From: an uncultured Polyangiaceae bacterium | Lineage (GTDB): Bacteria > Acidobacteriota > Thermoanaerobaculia > Multivoradales > JAHEKO01 | Assembly: GCA_964195975.1 (NCBI GenBank) | Contig: CAXMQZ010000087.1 | Coordinates: forward strand, 747 to 64,746 | Length of the DNA stretch: 64,000 bases | Direction: 5' to 3' | Shown here: piece by piece, positions 9,699 through 19,843 of the stretch | How positions within the stretch are numbered: position 1 is the stretch's first letter | Layout: every line of letters starts with the position of its first letter | Notes under the pieces: generated by a model | Told to the model about the DNA's origin: nothing | The model's database searches: none | Seen by the model: only the letters and a program-made list of their open reading frames with translations | Translations under genes and position numbers: made by a program

Positions 9699-10676
9699 GG
9701 GGCCACTGGCGAGACGAGCTGCTAGAACCTCAGCTCCGAGATTGACGAGATCCTCGGAGATCGCCTGCCGACGCTCAGGCGGGCACAAAAGCAGCACACA
9801 TCCCCCACCTCCCGCTCCACAGGCCTTCCCTCCCCAAGCACCCGCGGTAAGAGCTCGATCCAATATCGTCTCGATCATCGGTGTCGATTTGTGCTCGGAG
9901 AGCTGCCGTCGCCACTCCCACTCCTGAGAGACAAGTCGTCCAACCCTCTCGAGCTCGCCCCGTTCCAACGCCTCGACAACCTTCTGCGCAATGTCTCGAA
10001 TAGCATCGAGACTTCTGATGACCGCCGCATCCTTGTCAAGCCTTTTACGAACTACTGTCCAATTGTTTCCGGCGGAGAAGTGGCTTTGTCCGGTATAGGC
10101 AATCACAACGGAATCGCCCAAGACATCCAGATCAGTTTCGATTCTTCGCACCCGTTCGCCACCCGGTTCGTACCGTATCTCCAACGCACCGCCAAGAAGC
10201 GCTGGATAGTGATCTTGCCGACCTGTCGGAAGCTGCATCAGTCGAGCCTCTATGTCGCGGGCGAGAGCTGAACGCGCCTCAGGAGAGGACTCCTCGCGGC
10301 CAACCATGGCTTCGCCGGCGGCGATCGCAGCGACAGCGAGCGCGGAGCTGGCTCCGAGGCCACCACCACGCGGGGAATCGCTTTTGATTCGAGCATCGAA
10401 CGGGGGCAGCGAGAGGGCTTGCGCTATTTGACCCAAAAGCGCACCATCCTTGGTCTTTGCCAGCTCCTCTAGAGAGTGGGTTTCAATCAGCGAGTCACCC
10501 TGGCGAACTCTGTAGCCGGACTCGATCGGAGAGATCTCGACCTCGACCGCCAGATCAAGCGCCACATTCACGGTGCAGGCGCCTGGGTGAAGTATGCCGA
10601 GCGGCCAGATATCCAGCGTCCCACCTGCCAGGTCCGCCCGACACCACCCACGGGCTCGAACAGATCGAACAGACAA
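9678..10676 (-). CDS. GHMP-family sugar kinase (HddA-like heptose-7-phosphate kinase or galactokinase-like)
   Basis: N-terminal R..DLAGGTLDI matches the HddA-type RISFAGGGTD motif. The GHMP ATP motif GGGLGASSALAVAAIAA is present, and the C-terminal GAGGGGC is GHMP_C-like. Confidence 0.6.
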   Translation of the reverse strand: MSVRSVRARGWCRADLAGGTLDIWPLGILHPGACTVNVALDLAVEVEISPIESGYRVRQGDSLIETHSLEELAKTKDGALLGQIAQALSLPPFDARIKSDSPRGGGLGASSALAVAAIAAGEAMVGREESSPEARSALARDIEARLMQLPTGRQDHYPALLGGALEIRYEPGGERVRRIETDLDVLGDSVVIAYTGQSHFSAGNNWTVVRKRLDKDAAVIRSLDAIRDIAQKVVEALERGELERVGRLVSQEWEWRRQLSEHKSTPMIETILDRALTAGAWGGKACGAGGGGCVLLLCPPERRQAISEDLVNLGAEVLAARLASGPLQVVDS

Positions 10677-10684
10677 GGTTTTTC

Positions 10685-12058
10685 CTATCGACCTCGTGGA
10701 CGCGCCACGGCTGCAGGCTCGTCGTCAACAACAGCTACTGTTGCCGTCTTGACAGAAGGAAGAGTCTCGAGCACCTCTGCCGAATCCACTGCCTGACGGA
10801 GTTGATCTCTCCAGGCCGCGAATGCAGGCATTTGATCTGGAGAGATGGGCTCGGCTGGCTTGTTATCGAGATTGAGCGGGTTGATCCACCTGCCATCCTG
10901 CTGAATACGGTAGTCGAGATGGGACGCCGTTGCGAGCCCAGTCGATCCGACATAACCAATAACGTCACCCTGTCGCACTCGTCGGCCAGGTCGAATGCCA
11001 CTGGCGAACCGCGAAAGATGAAGGTAGGCGGTCAAGTATCCATTCGGGTGTCGAACCTTGACGGTCTTTCCTCCGCCACGATCCCAACCCGCAAATCGAA
11101 CTGTTCCACTCCCAGTCACCCGAACCGGTGTGCCGGTAGGCGCTCCGTAGTCCACACCATAATGGGGTCTATAGCGCTTGAGTATCGGATGAAAACGCCG
11201 GCTAGTGAATCCCGAGGTGATTCTCGAGTACCGTAAGGGAGAGCGAAGAAAAAGTTTTCTCAGGGGATTTCCATCAGCGTCGTAGTGCCCACCATCGTCT
11301 CCAAAACGGTAGGCCTCCAAACTTCTATTTTCGTTGACGTAATGCAGTGCCAGAACCTCGCCCACCCTATGGAACTCGCCATCGAGGAAAACCCGCTCGT
11401 AGATGACTTCGAAGGTGTCTCCCAGCCGAAGATCTCGATTGAAGTCGAGGTCCCACTGGAGAACCTCTGCCATTTCGTAGGCCAGGACGATCTCTCCTCC
11501 GGCCTGCCGGATCGAGGTCTCTAGAGCGCCGTGCAAGGATCCTCTGACCATTCGGATCGCCGTCTCCACGAGGAATGGGTGCCAGGTACCTCGCCAACCT
11601 TGATTCTCCCGCGCAACCACAAGATGGCCTTTGCCATCTATGGTCAGGCGTAGTCCTCGCAGCTCAGAGTCGAGATCCACCAAGATCGCATAGCGATCCA
11701 CTGGACGAATCCGTCGAACATTCACATGACGCGCGACCTCAGAGACAAGAGCTTGGGCCTCCTCAGGCTCCAGACCTAACTCATCGACCACGTCGCTGAG
11801 TGTCTCGCCCCGGCGAAAGGAAAACTCGACAGGCAACTCGGAACTCGGGAGCTCATGGTCCGGTCTTGCAGCCCACACGGACGACGCGATGAGATTTTGG
11901 TCGAACTCCAGAGCCCGAACAAGCGGATAGGGCGACTGGGAATACGATTCCAAGTGGTGCGTCATCCAGAGGAGAGCTGAGGCCAGCACCCCAAGGAAGA
12001 TGGGAACGCCCAACCTGAGGATGCGGCGGGTCTGTCTCGTTGTTTTCTTAACAGGCAT
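10685..12058 (-). CDS. M23 family murein endopeptidase (LysM-less, N-terminal TM anchor)
   Basis: C-terminal M23 core: HYGVDYGAPTGTPVRVTGSGTV...GGGKTVKVRHPNGYLTAYLHL...GYVGSTGLATASHLDY. Confidence 0.8.
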   Translation of the reverse strand: MPVKKTTRQTRRILRLGVPIFLGVLASALLWMTHHLESYSQSPYPLVRALEFDQNLIASSVWAARPDHELPSSELPVEFSFRRGETLSDVVDELGLEPEEAQALVSEVARHVNVRRIRPVDRYAILVDLDSELRGLRLTIDGKGHLVVARENQGWRGTWHPFLVETAIRMVRGSLHGALETSIRQAGGEIVLAYEMAEVLQWDLDFNRDLRLGDTFEVIYERVFLDGEFHRVGEVLALHYVNENRSLEAYRFGDDGGHYDADGNPLRKLFLRSPLRYSRITSGFTSRRFHPILKRYRPHYGVDYGAPTGTPVRVTGSGTVRFAGWDRGGGKTVKVRHPNGYLTAYLHLSRFASGIRPGRRVRQGDVIGYVGSTGLATASHLDYRIQQDGRWINPLNLDNKPAEPISPDQMPAFAAWRDQLRQAVDSAEVLETLPSVKTATVAVVDDEPAAVARPRGR

Positions 12059-12160
12059 GCGGGTTTAGCGATCGCCAGCCCGAGATTGAAGGTCGTCTAT
12101 CGCGGGCACTTTACCACAGCCACGAGTCCTATTCTGGGACTGCTGGAACTCGACCCTTGG

Positions 12161-12625
12161 CTAACCCAGCGCCTGTGAGATGACCGCGTCGGAGTCTTTT
12201 GTCAGCCTGCCAGAGAACACGGCGCTTCCGTCTTTGAGAATCAGCAGCCCAGGCAGGTGGGTTACCGAATAGCGCTTGGAAAAGGAGCCGTCTTTGTCGA
12301 GGTAGACGGCCGCCTTGGAGCTCTTGCCTTGGAGAAAGGCCTCGACATCCGATCTGTCCTCTTGAAAGTCGACCATGATCACCTTCGCCTGTTTGCCCCA
12401 CCGGTCATAGATCTGATTGGTCTGATTCACCACGTCTTTGCCTCGCGGGGACCAGGAGGCAAATACAACCACGATAACGGCACCCTTGCTCAGATTCGAC
12501 GCGCCCAACGTGCCACCTCCCAGACCTTCTAGCTGGTACTGCCGAGCCTGGGCCGCAAGTGGCATGACTGAGACTGCTGGAAGTGCCAGCAACAACAAGA
12601 CTGCAAAGGTTTTTCTCATGAGCAC
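12161..12625 (-). CDS. secreted TlpA/redoxin-like thioredoxin-fold protein lacking the CXXC active site
   Basis: It has a signal peptide. The motif VVVFASWSPRGKD replaces the canonical ..WCxxC.. of redoxins. Confidence 0.6.
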   Translation of the reverse strand: MLMRKTFAVLLLLALPAVSVMPLAAQARQYQLEGLGGGTLGASNLSKGAVIVVVFASWSPRGKDVVNQTNQIYDRWGKQAKVIMVDFQEDRSDVEAFLQGKSSKAAVYLDKDGSFSKRYSVTHLPGLLILKDGSAVFSGRLTKDSDAVISQALG

Positions 12626-12630
12626 TGACC

Positions 12631-12867
12631 TCAGAATCCTTCGCGCCTATGCGGAAGGCTGGTGAGAATTCTTCTACGCAGGCTCTCAGGAGCCGGTGTT
12701 TTGGAGCACCCCTTGCGTAACACCATCAACATTCTTTGCGTGTACTTGATTTGGCGAGCACAGTGAGGACAGATCACGAGGTGTTCTCGGAACGAGATCA
12801 GGAGGTCCTCCTCCATTTCATTGTCCGTGAAGAGGAAGATTACTTCTTTGACCCTGGTGCAATTCAT
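12631..12867 (-). CDS. zinc-binding anti-sigma factor (ZAS/RsrA-like)
   Basis: The 78 aa product has an H-x3-C-x2-C motif (EHLVICPHCAR) plus an N-terminal Cys. It lies immediately downstream of the ECF sigma gene. Confidence 0.65.
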   Translation of the reverse strand: MNCTRVKEVIFLFTDNEMEEDLLISFREHLVICPHCARQIKYTQRMLMVLRKGCSKTPAPESLRRRILTSLPHRREGF

Positions 12868-12931
12868 TCGCGGTCCTCGATCGACCTTGGACTCTGGTCG
12901 CCTTGCGGATTCCTCCGAGGCTCCTCTCTAG

Positions 12932-13606
12932 CTAACTACTCGTCTTACGACTATATTCCGCGTCGTCTTTTTTGTTCGAGTTGTTTACCGCCTTGTTTTC
13001 GCCCTTGCTTCTCATCTTGCTGGGCTCGCCTGCCCTCAGGTAGCCATGCTCGCGGGCGTACTCGAGCATTCCGACCTCGAGAAGCTTGCGGCCTCGATAG
13101 AGTCGGCTCATCACAGTCCCAAGCGGTAGCTCCAGAATCTCAGCGATCTCCTTGTACGAGAATCCTTCGAGATCCGCCAGGATGACCGCCATCTTGTAGT
13201 CGGTCGGCAGCCTGTCGAGTGCCTTCTGGACATCCTCGTCAAGAACATTCTCCAGGAGTTCCTCCTCTGGACTCTTTATCTTGCCAGTGGCGTCCTTGCT
13301 GACTTGCGTCTCGAAGGCGTCTTCGATGTCGGCGAAATCGCTTTGTGGTGGGGTTTTCTGCTTCTTTCGGTAATTATTGATAAAGGTGTTTTTGAGAATC
13401 TTGAACAGCCAGGCCTTGAAGTTAGTGCCCTCTTGGAACTTGTCGTAGTAGCGATAGGCCTTGAAATAGGTCTCCTGAACCAGATCCTCGGCATCTTGGG
13501 CATTCCGCGTCATGCGGTAGGCCGTGTTGTAGAGCGAGTCGACAAACGGCATGGCTGCCGCCTCGAAGTCCCATCCTCGTTGCTCACTAGTGGTGCTTTT
13601 GCTCAT
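12932..13606 (-). CDS. ECF-type RNA polymerase sigma-70 factor with Lys-rich C-terminal tail
   Basis: Region 2 (DAEDLVQETYFKAYR..) and region 4 (GFSYKEIAEILELPLGTVMSRLYRGR) are present. There is an unusual roughly 40 aa K/N/S-rich C-terminal extension. Confidence 0.85.
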   Translation of the reverse strand: MSKSTTSEQRGWDFEAAAMPFVDSLYNTAYRMTRNAQDAEDLVQETYFKAYRYYDKFQEGTNFKAWLFKILKNTFINNYRKKQKTPPQSDFADIEDAFETQVSKDATGKIKSPEEELLENVLDEDVQKALDRLPTDYKMAVILADLEGFSYKEIAEILELPLGTVMSRLYRGRKLLEVGMLEYAREHGYLRAGEPSKMRSKGENKAVNNSNKKDDAEYSRKTSS

Positions 13607-13737
13607 CGGTTTTCGCTGTGAGACACCCGACTCTGCCTCGAGAATTTGTAGACCCTGATTACTGGCAACGACCTATGCAGGGATCACACCAATAGTCTAA
13701 CCCGACCCTGAAGTGCGTGCTTGTTGCTATCTCGGCG

Positions 13738-15207
13738 TCAGAACAGGTTCCAACCAACCGAAATGACGCTACTGCGGGCCAGTTCGACTAGAGAACCTGG
13801 CAGAAGCCCCAACAACACCGTAACAAAAGCGCAGAGCCCCAACGTCGCAACCAGGACGGGTGCTCGCAGCGGCATCGGTGTGGTGTCGTCGGCATCCTTG
13901 AAGTACATCTGCACAACGACACCCATGTAGTAGTAAAGCGAAACTGCACTCGTCAGGACACCGATTACTGCCACCCAGGTCCAACCTGCCTCGACGGCAG
14001 CTGCAAACAGATACACCTTGCCGAAGAACCCACCCGTCGGAGGTATTCCAGTCAGTGCCAGCATGAAGACGAGCATCATGGCCGCTAGGTGTGGTGCTCG
14101 CCGAGCCAACCCCGCATAATCGCTGTAGGTCTCCCCAGCGTATTCCTTGCGCTCGAGCAAGAGTACGATGCCAAAAGCTCCAAGGGTAAAGAAGCTATAC
14201 GCGAACATGTAGAACATGGCGGCCCACAGCCCCATCTCGCTTGCCGCCAGGACACCCAGAAGGACGTAGCCCGCATGCGCGATCGAGCTATAGGCCAGCA
14301 TACGTTTCACGTTGGTCTGAGTCAGTGCTGCGACGTTGCCCCAGATCATCGACAGTCCCGCAACTGCAGCGACGACGACTTGCCACTCCACGACGAGCGG
14401 GCCGAGACCCTGGTAGAGGATTCTGATCAAGATAGCGAAAGAAGCCGCTTTCGAGGCAGTAGCCAGATATGCAGTTACAGGTGTCGGTGCACCGACATAG
14501 ACATCGGGTGTCCACACATGAAATGGAACGGCGGCAATCTTGAAGAAAAGTCCAATCACCAACAAGATCCAGCCTACGGTTGCCAGGAGGTTGCCATTCA
14601 ATGTCGCATTGATCAGACCTCCTGCAAGCTGTTCGAGGTTGAGGGTCCCCGTAGAACCGTAAAGCAACGAAATGCCATACAGCAAGAACCCGCTCGAAAG
14701 GGCTCCCAGAACAAAGTATTTGATTGCCGCTTCGTTCGACCGTGTCTCGCGCTTGAAGTACCCAGCCAGCACATAACTCGACAGCGCCATCAACTCGAGC
14801 GAGATCCAGATCGACAGCAGATTGAAGCCGCTAGCCATGAAAAGCATGCCCGTCGTAGCGAGCAGGATCAACGAGTAGTACTCACCAGCTCGGTACCGAC
14901 CCTCTTCGATGAATCGAACCGATAAGAGGATGGTCAAAGCCGTTGCGATCAGGAACACGAGCTTCCAGAAGAACGCGAAATTGTCGAGGATGAACATCTT
15001 GGCCAGTATCGGAAGACCGTTCGACTGGCCATGCGCCCAAAAAAGCAGACCCGTCGTGACCGCAATGCCAACAAGCGACAAAAAGGCGGTCTTGCGGCTA
15101 TCCAGGCCGCGACCGATAGAGCCTACGACCAACAGCACGAGGGCACAAACCGTGAGAAAGATCTCCGGTGCCAGCAGCAGGAACTCTTGTGGGTCGAAAG
15201 GCAACAT
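13738..15207 (-). CDS. nuoN: NADH-quinone oxidoreductase subunit N
   Basis: The 489 aa polytopic antiporter-like subunit is last in the nuo operon. Confidence 0.85.
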   Translation of the reverse strand: MLPFDPQEFLLLAPEIFLTVCALVLLVVGSIGRGLDSRKTAFLSLVGIAVTTGLLFWAHGQSNGLPILAKMFILDNFAFFWKLVFLIATALTILLSVRFIEEGRYRAGEYYSLILLATTGMLFMASGFNLLSIWISLELMALSSYVLAGYFKRETRSNEAAIKYFVLGALSSGFLLYGISLLYGSTGTLNLEQLAGGLINATLNGNLLATVGWILLVIGLFFKIAAVPFHVWTPDVYVGAPTPVTAYLATASKAASFAILIRILYQGLGPLVVEWQVVVAAVAGLSMIWGNVAALTQTNVKRMLAYSSIAHAGYVLLGVLAASEMGLWAAMFYMFAYSFFTLGAFGIVLLLERKEYAGETYSDYAGLARRAPHLAAMMLVFMLALTGIPPTGGFFGKVYLFAAAVEAGWTWVAVIGVLTSAVSLYYYMGVVVQMYFKDADDTTPMPLRAPVLVATLGLCAFVTVLLGLLPGSLVELARSSVISVGWNLF

Positions 15208-15211
15208 CGCG

Positions 15212-16807
15212 CTAGTTCTCTAGCTCCGCAAGCTTTTCCTCTACAACTCTGCCGTCGATTACTGCCAGCCCACCATTCTCGGCCAGGTCTATCTTGGTGA
15301 CCACATAGTCGACCGGCTTTTCCAGAATCTCGAAGAACGGCTTCGGGTAGAGACCGATCCAAAAGCAGAGCACGACAATCGGCACGAGATAGAGCATCTC
15401 CCTTCCGCTCAGGTCCGCGAGCCCCTCGTTCTCCGGGTTGGTGATGTTTCCAAAGAACACTCTTTGATACATCCAGAGCATGTACGCAGCACCGAGAACG
15501 ATCCCGATGACGCCCACCAGCGCCCACCACCAGACTCTATTGAAAGCCCCGACAAGAATGGTGAACTCACCGATAAAGCCATTGAGCACCGGAAGTCCGA
15601 TCGAAGACATCGTGATGATCATGAAAATCGTGGCGAACTTCGGCATGACGCTCGAGATGCCGCCATAGTCGGCGATCATTCTTGTATGTCTGCGTTCGTA
15701 GATCACACCGACCAAAAGGAAGAGAGCGCCGGTGGAAAGACCGTGATTGATCATCTGCAAGATACCGCCGTTCAACCCGGCCGTGTTGAGCGCAAAGACT
15801 CCCAACATCACGAACCCGAGATGGCTGACCGAAGAGTAGGCGACCAACTTCTTCATGTCTTTTTGCGCCATCGCTACCAAGGCTCCATAGATGATTCCGA
15901 TAATGGCGAGTCCAGCCATCCACGGCAGCAGCTGCAGGGTCGCTTCAGGCAGAATCGGTAGCGAGAAGCGCACAAAGCCATAGGTACCCATTTTCAACAA
16001 GACACCAGCCAGAATGACCGACCCTGCTGTCGGTGCCTCGACGTGTGCGTCGGGAAGCCACGTGTGGAATGGAAACATAGGCACCTTGATCGCAAAAGCA
16101 ACAAAGAAAACGAGAAATATCCAGATCTGAAGGTCGAGCGGTATCTCCGCTGAAATCTCATGAAATTGAGGTATGAAGAAGGTGCGTTCGTTTCCGAGCC
16201 CGCCCCAACCCAGAAGACCAGTGCTGTTGTAGAAGTAGAGTGCCAGAATTCCGAGAATCATCAGCACCGAGCCAACCAAGGTGTAGAGAAAAAACTTGAT
16301 AGCTGCATAGAGCCGTCTCGGACCACCCCAAATCCCGATGAGAAAGTACATCGGTACCAGCATCACTTCCCAAAACACATAGAACAGGAAGAAATCCATC
16401 GCCATGAACACGCCAAGCATCCCCGTCTGCAGCAGAAGCATGAAGACGTAGTACTCCTTCTCACGGTTGTCGATCGCGCTCCACGATGAGAGAAAAGCCA
16501 GGACACCCAGCAACGTCGTCAACAGAATCAGCAAAAGCGCAATGCCATCGATGCCGAACTCGTAGCGGGCTCCGAGCGATTCGATCCAACTAGCGCTCTC
16601 TCGAAACTGAAACAGATCTCCATCGCGATCGAAGGCGAACCAGAGTGGCACAGAGATCACGAAATCGAGCGCAGCCACCGCAGTCGCAAAGCGGCGGATC
16701 GACGCCCCATTCCCGCTACGCATGAAAAAGATGACAAATAGCGCCCCCAGCAGTGGCACATAACAGATGATGCTGAGGATCGGTATTCCTTGCAGCCAGT
16801 CAAACAT
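15212..16807 (-). CDS. nuoM: NADH-quinone oxidoreductase subunit M
   Basis: 531 aa antiporter-like subunit of the NuoM/ND4 family. Confidence 0.85.
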   Translation of the reverse strand: MFDWLQGIPILSIICYVPLLGALFVIFFMRSGNGASIRRFATAVAALDFVISVPLWFAFDRDGDLFQFRESASWIESLGARYEFGIDGIALLLILLTTLLGVLAFLSSWSAIDNREKEYYVFMLLLQTGMLGVFMAMDFFLFYVFWEVMLVPMYFLIGIWGGPRRLYAAIKFFLYTLVGSVLMILGILALYFYNSTGLLGWGGLGNERTFFIPQFHEISAEIPLDLQIWIFLVFFVAFAIKVPMFPFHTWLPDAHVEAPTAGSVILAGVLLKMGTYGFVRFSLPILPEATLQLLPWMAGLAIIGIIYGALVAMAQKDMKKLVAYSSVSHLGFVMLGVFALNTAGLNGGILQMINHGLSTGALFLLVGVIYERRHTRMIADYGGISSVMPKFATIFMIITMSSIGLPVLNGFIGEFTILVGAFNRVWWWALVGVIGIVLGAAYMLWMYQRVFFGNITNPENEGLADLSGREMLYLVPIVVLCFWIGLYPKPFFEILEKPVDYVVTKIDLAENGGLAVIDGRVVEEKLAELEN

Positions 16808-16860
16808 GAAGCCCCCTTACAATGCGACGCGCCGATTCTTCTCGGTCAAAAACATGATCC

Positions 16861-18933
16861 TCAACCCCTTATTGCGACGACGACGTAGAAAAGCACTAGT
16901 ACGAACATTCCCACGGCCATGACCAGGGCGTACTGAGATACAAGCCCTGTCTGTAGCCTGCGGAAGAACTTCGATCCGGTCTCGAAAATCCACCCCACCA
17001 AATTGACCAGACCGTCCACAACATACTTGTCGAAGAAACCCGAAATATACGCCGACAGCACCGTGAGATTACGGGTGCCCATGACGAGAAACCCATCAAT
17101 AAACCCAGTATCAAATCGGAACAACGCTCTGGCAGAGGCCCACGTACCGCGGACAATGGTCGCGTCGTAAAACTCATCGACCCAATATTTGTTGACCAGG
17201 ACACGATAGACCAGGGGAAATCGCTCCGCCCAGCGTTGGCCTCCAGCAAGCCCCTGGTTTCCACCATAGGTCTTCCAAGCGACGAAAATACCGAAGCCGG
17301 CTACCGCCACCGACAGGGTCATCAGGATCAACTCGACACCCACGCTCAAATGGTGCTCCCCGCCGTGGCCGCCGATCGTCTCGGTGACAGGAGCAAGAAA
17401 GTGTCCAAACCAGTTCCAATCCCAGTGTCCCACGCGCGGGATCCCGATCCATCCCGAGAAAACGGCCCCGATGGCTAAGACGATCAACGGAGTCGTCATC
17501 ACCGAAGGTGACTCGTGTACATGCTCCCACTGCTGCTCGGTGCCACGAAAATCGCCCCAGAAGGTCAAGAAAAGGAGTCGAAACATGTAGCACGCCGTCA
17601 GACCAGCAGTGGTCAAACCAACCAGCCAGAGCCAACGATGACCATCGAAAGCAGCTGTCAAGATCTGGTCTTTGCTGAAGAATCCGGCAAAGCCTGGCAC
17701 ACCGGAAATGGCCAACGTGCCGACAAGAAAGGTCTTGTAGGTGGTGGGCATGACCTTCCGTAACCCACCCATCTTGCGCATGTCCTGCTCGCCGCTCATT
17801 CCATGGATTACCGAGCCGGAACCGAGAAACATCAGACCTTTGAAGAAAGCATGAGTGAACAGATGGAAAATAGCCACGCTGTACGCACCCACGCCCGCAG
17901 CCAAAAACATGTATCCCAGTTGCGACACTGTCGAGTAGGCCAGTACTTTCTTGATGTCTGTCTGCGCCAAACCGATCGTGGCCGCAAAAATCGCCGTTAT
18001 CGCGCCGATCACTGCAACCACCTCTGAGACACTCGGTGCCAATTGATAGATCACATTGGCGCGAACTACCATGTAAACACCGGCGGTCACCATGGTCGCA
18101 GCGTGGATCAAGGCCGATACCGGTGTCGGGCCCGCCATCGCATCGGGCAACCACACATAGAGGGGAATCTGAGCGCTTTTGCCCATTGCGCCGATAAACA
18201 AACTGATTGCCACAAAGGCAGCCACACTCAGACCGAGAACCAGCGTGGTTTCTACCACGGCCGGATCGACGGCTATCCTGTCGAAGATCTTGCGATAGTT
18301 GAGGGTGCCAAAGGTCGTGGCCAGCGCAAACAGTCCCATGAGAAAACCAGCGTCGCCTATCCTGTTGACAATAAACGCTTTGCGGCCAGCATACGGTGGA
18401 AACTCTTCGGTAAACCAGAATCCGATCAAGAGATACGAACAGAGCCCCACACCCTCCCAACCGACAAACAACACCAGGAAGTTGTTGCCGAGAATGAGCA
18501 GCAACATCGCACCCATGAAGAGATTCATATAGACAAAGAACCGCTGAAAACTCGCATCTTGACTCATGTATCCGATCGAGTAGACATGAATCCAGAAGCC
18601 GACGAAGGTCACCATGAATAGCATCACCGCTGACAGCGGATCCAACAGAAACCCGACCTCGACTTCGAAATTGGATACCGATCCGTCACTCAGAGCGAGC
18701 GGCCCTGCAGGAACCCATAGATACAAAATCTGCTCGAAGGGCTCGTGTGCCGCATACTCAGGGCTCGCCATATAGCCGGCGATGGCTCCGATTCCAATCA
18801 AACAGGAGAGCCCGACGGTGCCACAAGCGATAATCGCCACCGCCTTCTTCGGAATCCTCTTCCACAACACAACGCCGTTGAGTAAAGAACCCAGAAGGGG
18901 AAGCAGCGGCACGATCCAGAGCAACTGTTTCAT
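16861..18933 (-). CDS. nuoL: NADH-quinone oxidoreductase subunit L
   Basis: The 690 aa product is of NuoL/ND5 length with a long C-terminal amphipathic helix region. Confidence 0.85.
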   Translation of the reverse strand: MKQLLWIVPLLPLLGSLLNGVVLWKRIPKKAVAIIACGTVGLSCLIGIGAIAGYMASPEYAAHEPFEQILYLWVPAGPLALSDGSVSNFEVEVGFLLDPLSAVMLFMVTFVGFWIHVYSIGYMSQDASFQRFFVYMNLFMGAMLLLILGNNFLVLFVGWEGVGLCSYLLIGFWFTEEFPPYAGRKAFIVNRIGDAGFLMGLFALATTFGTLNYRKIFDRIAVDPAVVETTLVLGLSVAAFVAISLFIGAMGKSAQIPLYVWLPDAMAGPTPVSALIHAATMVTAGVYMVVRANVIYQLAPSVSEVVAVIGAITAIFAATIGLAQTDIKKVLAYSTVSQLGYMFLAAGVGAYSVAIFHLFTHAFFKGLMFLGSGSVIHGMSGEQDMRKMGGLRKVMPTTYKTFLVGTLAISGVPGFAGFFSKDQILTAAFDGHRWLWLVGLTTAGLTACYMFRLLFLTFWGDFRGTEQQWEHVHESPSVMTTPLIVLAIGAVFSGWIGIPRVGHWDWNWFGHFLAPVTETIGGHGGEHHLSVGVELILMTLSVAVAGFGIFVAWKTYGGNQGLAGGQRWAERFPLVYRVLVNKYWVDEFYDATIVRGTWASARALFRFDTGFIDGFLVMGTRNLTVLSAYISGFFDKYVVDGLVNLVGWIFETGSKFFRRLQTGLVSQYALVMAVGMFVLVLFYVVVAIRG

Positions 18934-18936
18934 CCG

Positions 18937-19242
18937 CTAACCCCTAAGCTCCGTAGCCTGCTCCAAATCGATGCTCGAATGAAGTCGATAAAAGGCAACC
19001 AGGATCCCCAAACCGACTGCGGCCTCGCCAGCGGCCACCGCGATCGTAAACACGGCCATGACTTGGCCTGTCAAATCAGACATCTGATACGAGAACGCCA
19101 CCAGATTCAAATTCACAGAATTCAAGACCAGCTCGATACTCATGAGAACGATGATCATGTTTCTCCGTGTGACGATCCCGACAAGACCGATCACAAAGAG
19201 GATGCCGCTCAGCACCAGATAGTGAGTAGTCGCAATCTCCAC
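18937..19242 (-). CDS. nuoK: NADH-quinone oxidoreductase subunit K
   Basis: The 101 aa product has 3 TM helices and the motif ...LMSIELVLNSVNLNLVAFS.... Confidence 0.9.
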   Translation of the reverse strand: MEIATTHYLVLSGILFVIGLVGIVTRRNMIIVLMSIELVLNSVNLNLVAFSYQMSDLTGQVMAVFTIAVAAGEAAVGLGILVAFYRLHSSIDLEQATELRG

Positions 19243-19246
19243 TTCC

Positions 19247-19780
19247 TCACTCCTTCCTCGCCAGAACTACAGCACCGATCATCGCCACGAGCAGAAAAAT
19301 GGAAGCGATCTCGAACGGCAGCAGATATTCCCGGTAAAGATGCCAGCCGACGGCCTCGGAATTTCCCAACGCCTCACCATCGACATCTACGAGCTGCTCA
19401 GGGTATGGATTGGGTGGCCCAAACGAGACGCTCATGACGACAACCACGATCAGACCGATTAGAAGAATCGCCAAAATCACCGCCATCGGCCACTGGACAC
19501 CGAAAAGTCGCATCTCCTTCAACTTGTGAAGATTGACCAACATGATCACGAACAAAAACAGCACCATGATTCCGCCGCCATAGACAAAAACCTGAACCAC
19601 AGCAATAAATTCGGCATGTCGTAGCAAGAACAGAGCAGCCATGCTCAAGAAACAGACCAGAAGCGAAATCGCCGAGTACATCGGGTTGCGCATCGTGATC
19701 ACCGCAATAGCGGAACCGACCGTGATTACCGCGAACAGGTAAAAAAGCACTGCTGTGCCGTTGGCGACTAGAAAATCCAT
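19247..19780 (-). CDS. nuoJ: NADH-quinone oxidoreductase subunit J
   Basis: The 177 aa product resembles ND6 or NuoJ (..MYSAISLLVCFLSMAALFLL..). Confidence 0.85.
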   Translation of the reverse strand: MDFLVANGTAVLFYLFAVITVGSAIAVITMRNPMYSAISLLVCFLSMAALFLLRHAEFIAVVQVFVYGGGIMVLFLFVIMLVNLHKLKEMRLFGVQWPMAVILAILLIGLIVVVVMSVSFGPPNPYPEQLVDVDGEALGNSEAVGWHLYREYLLPFEIASIFLLVAMIGAVVLARKE

Positions 19781-19843
19781 AGACTCTCGATATTCGATAT
19801 CAGCGAGGAGGCGAGCGGCTCACCCTCGTCGATCCTGATTCCT

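Noticed and set aside
14089-18621. Several long ORFs on the opposite strand or in alternative frames within nuoL, nuoM and nuoN (e.g. 17174-18460, 14089-14925, 18043-18621)
   Set aside because: The Nuo reading frames are strongly supported by conserved membrane-subunit sequence. The alternative frames are Arg, Gly and His-rich artefacts of GC-rich codon usage.
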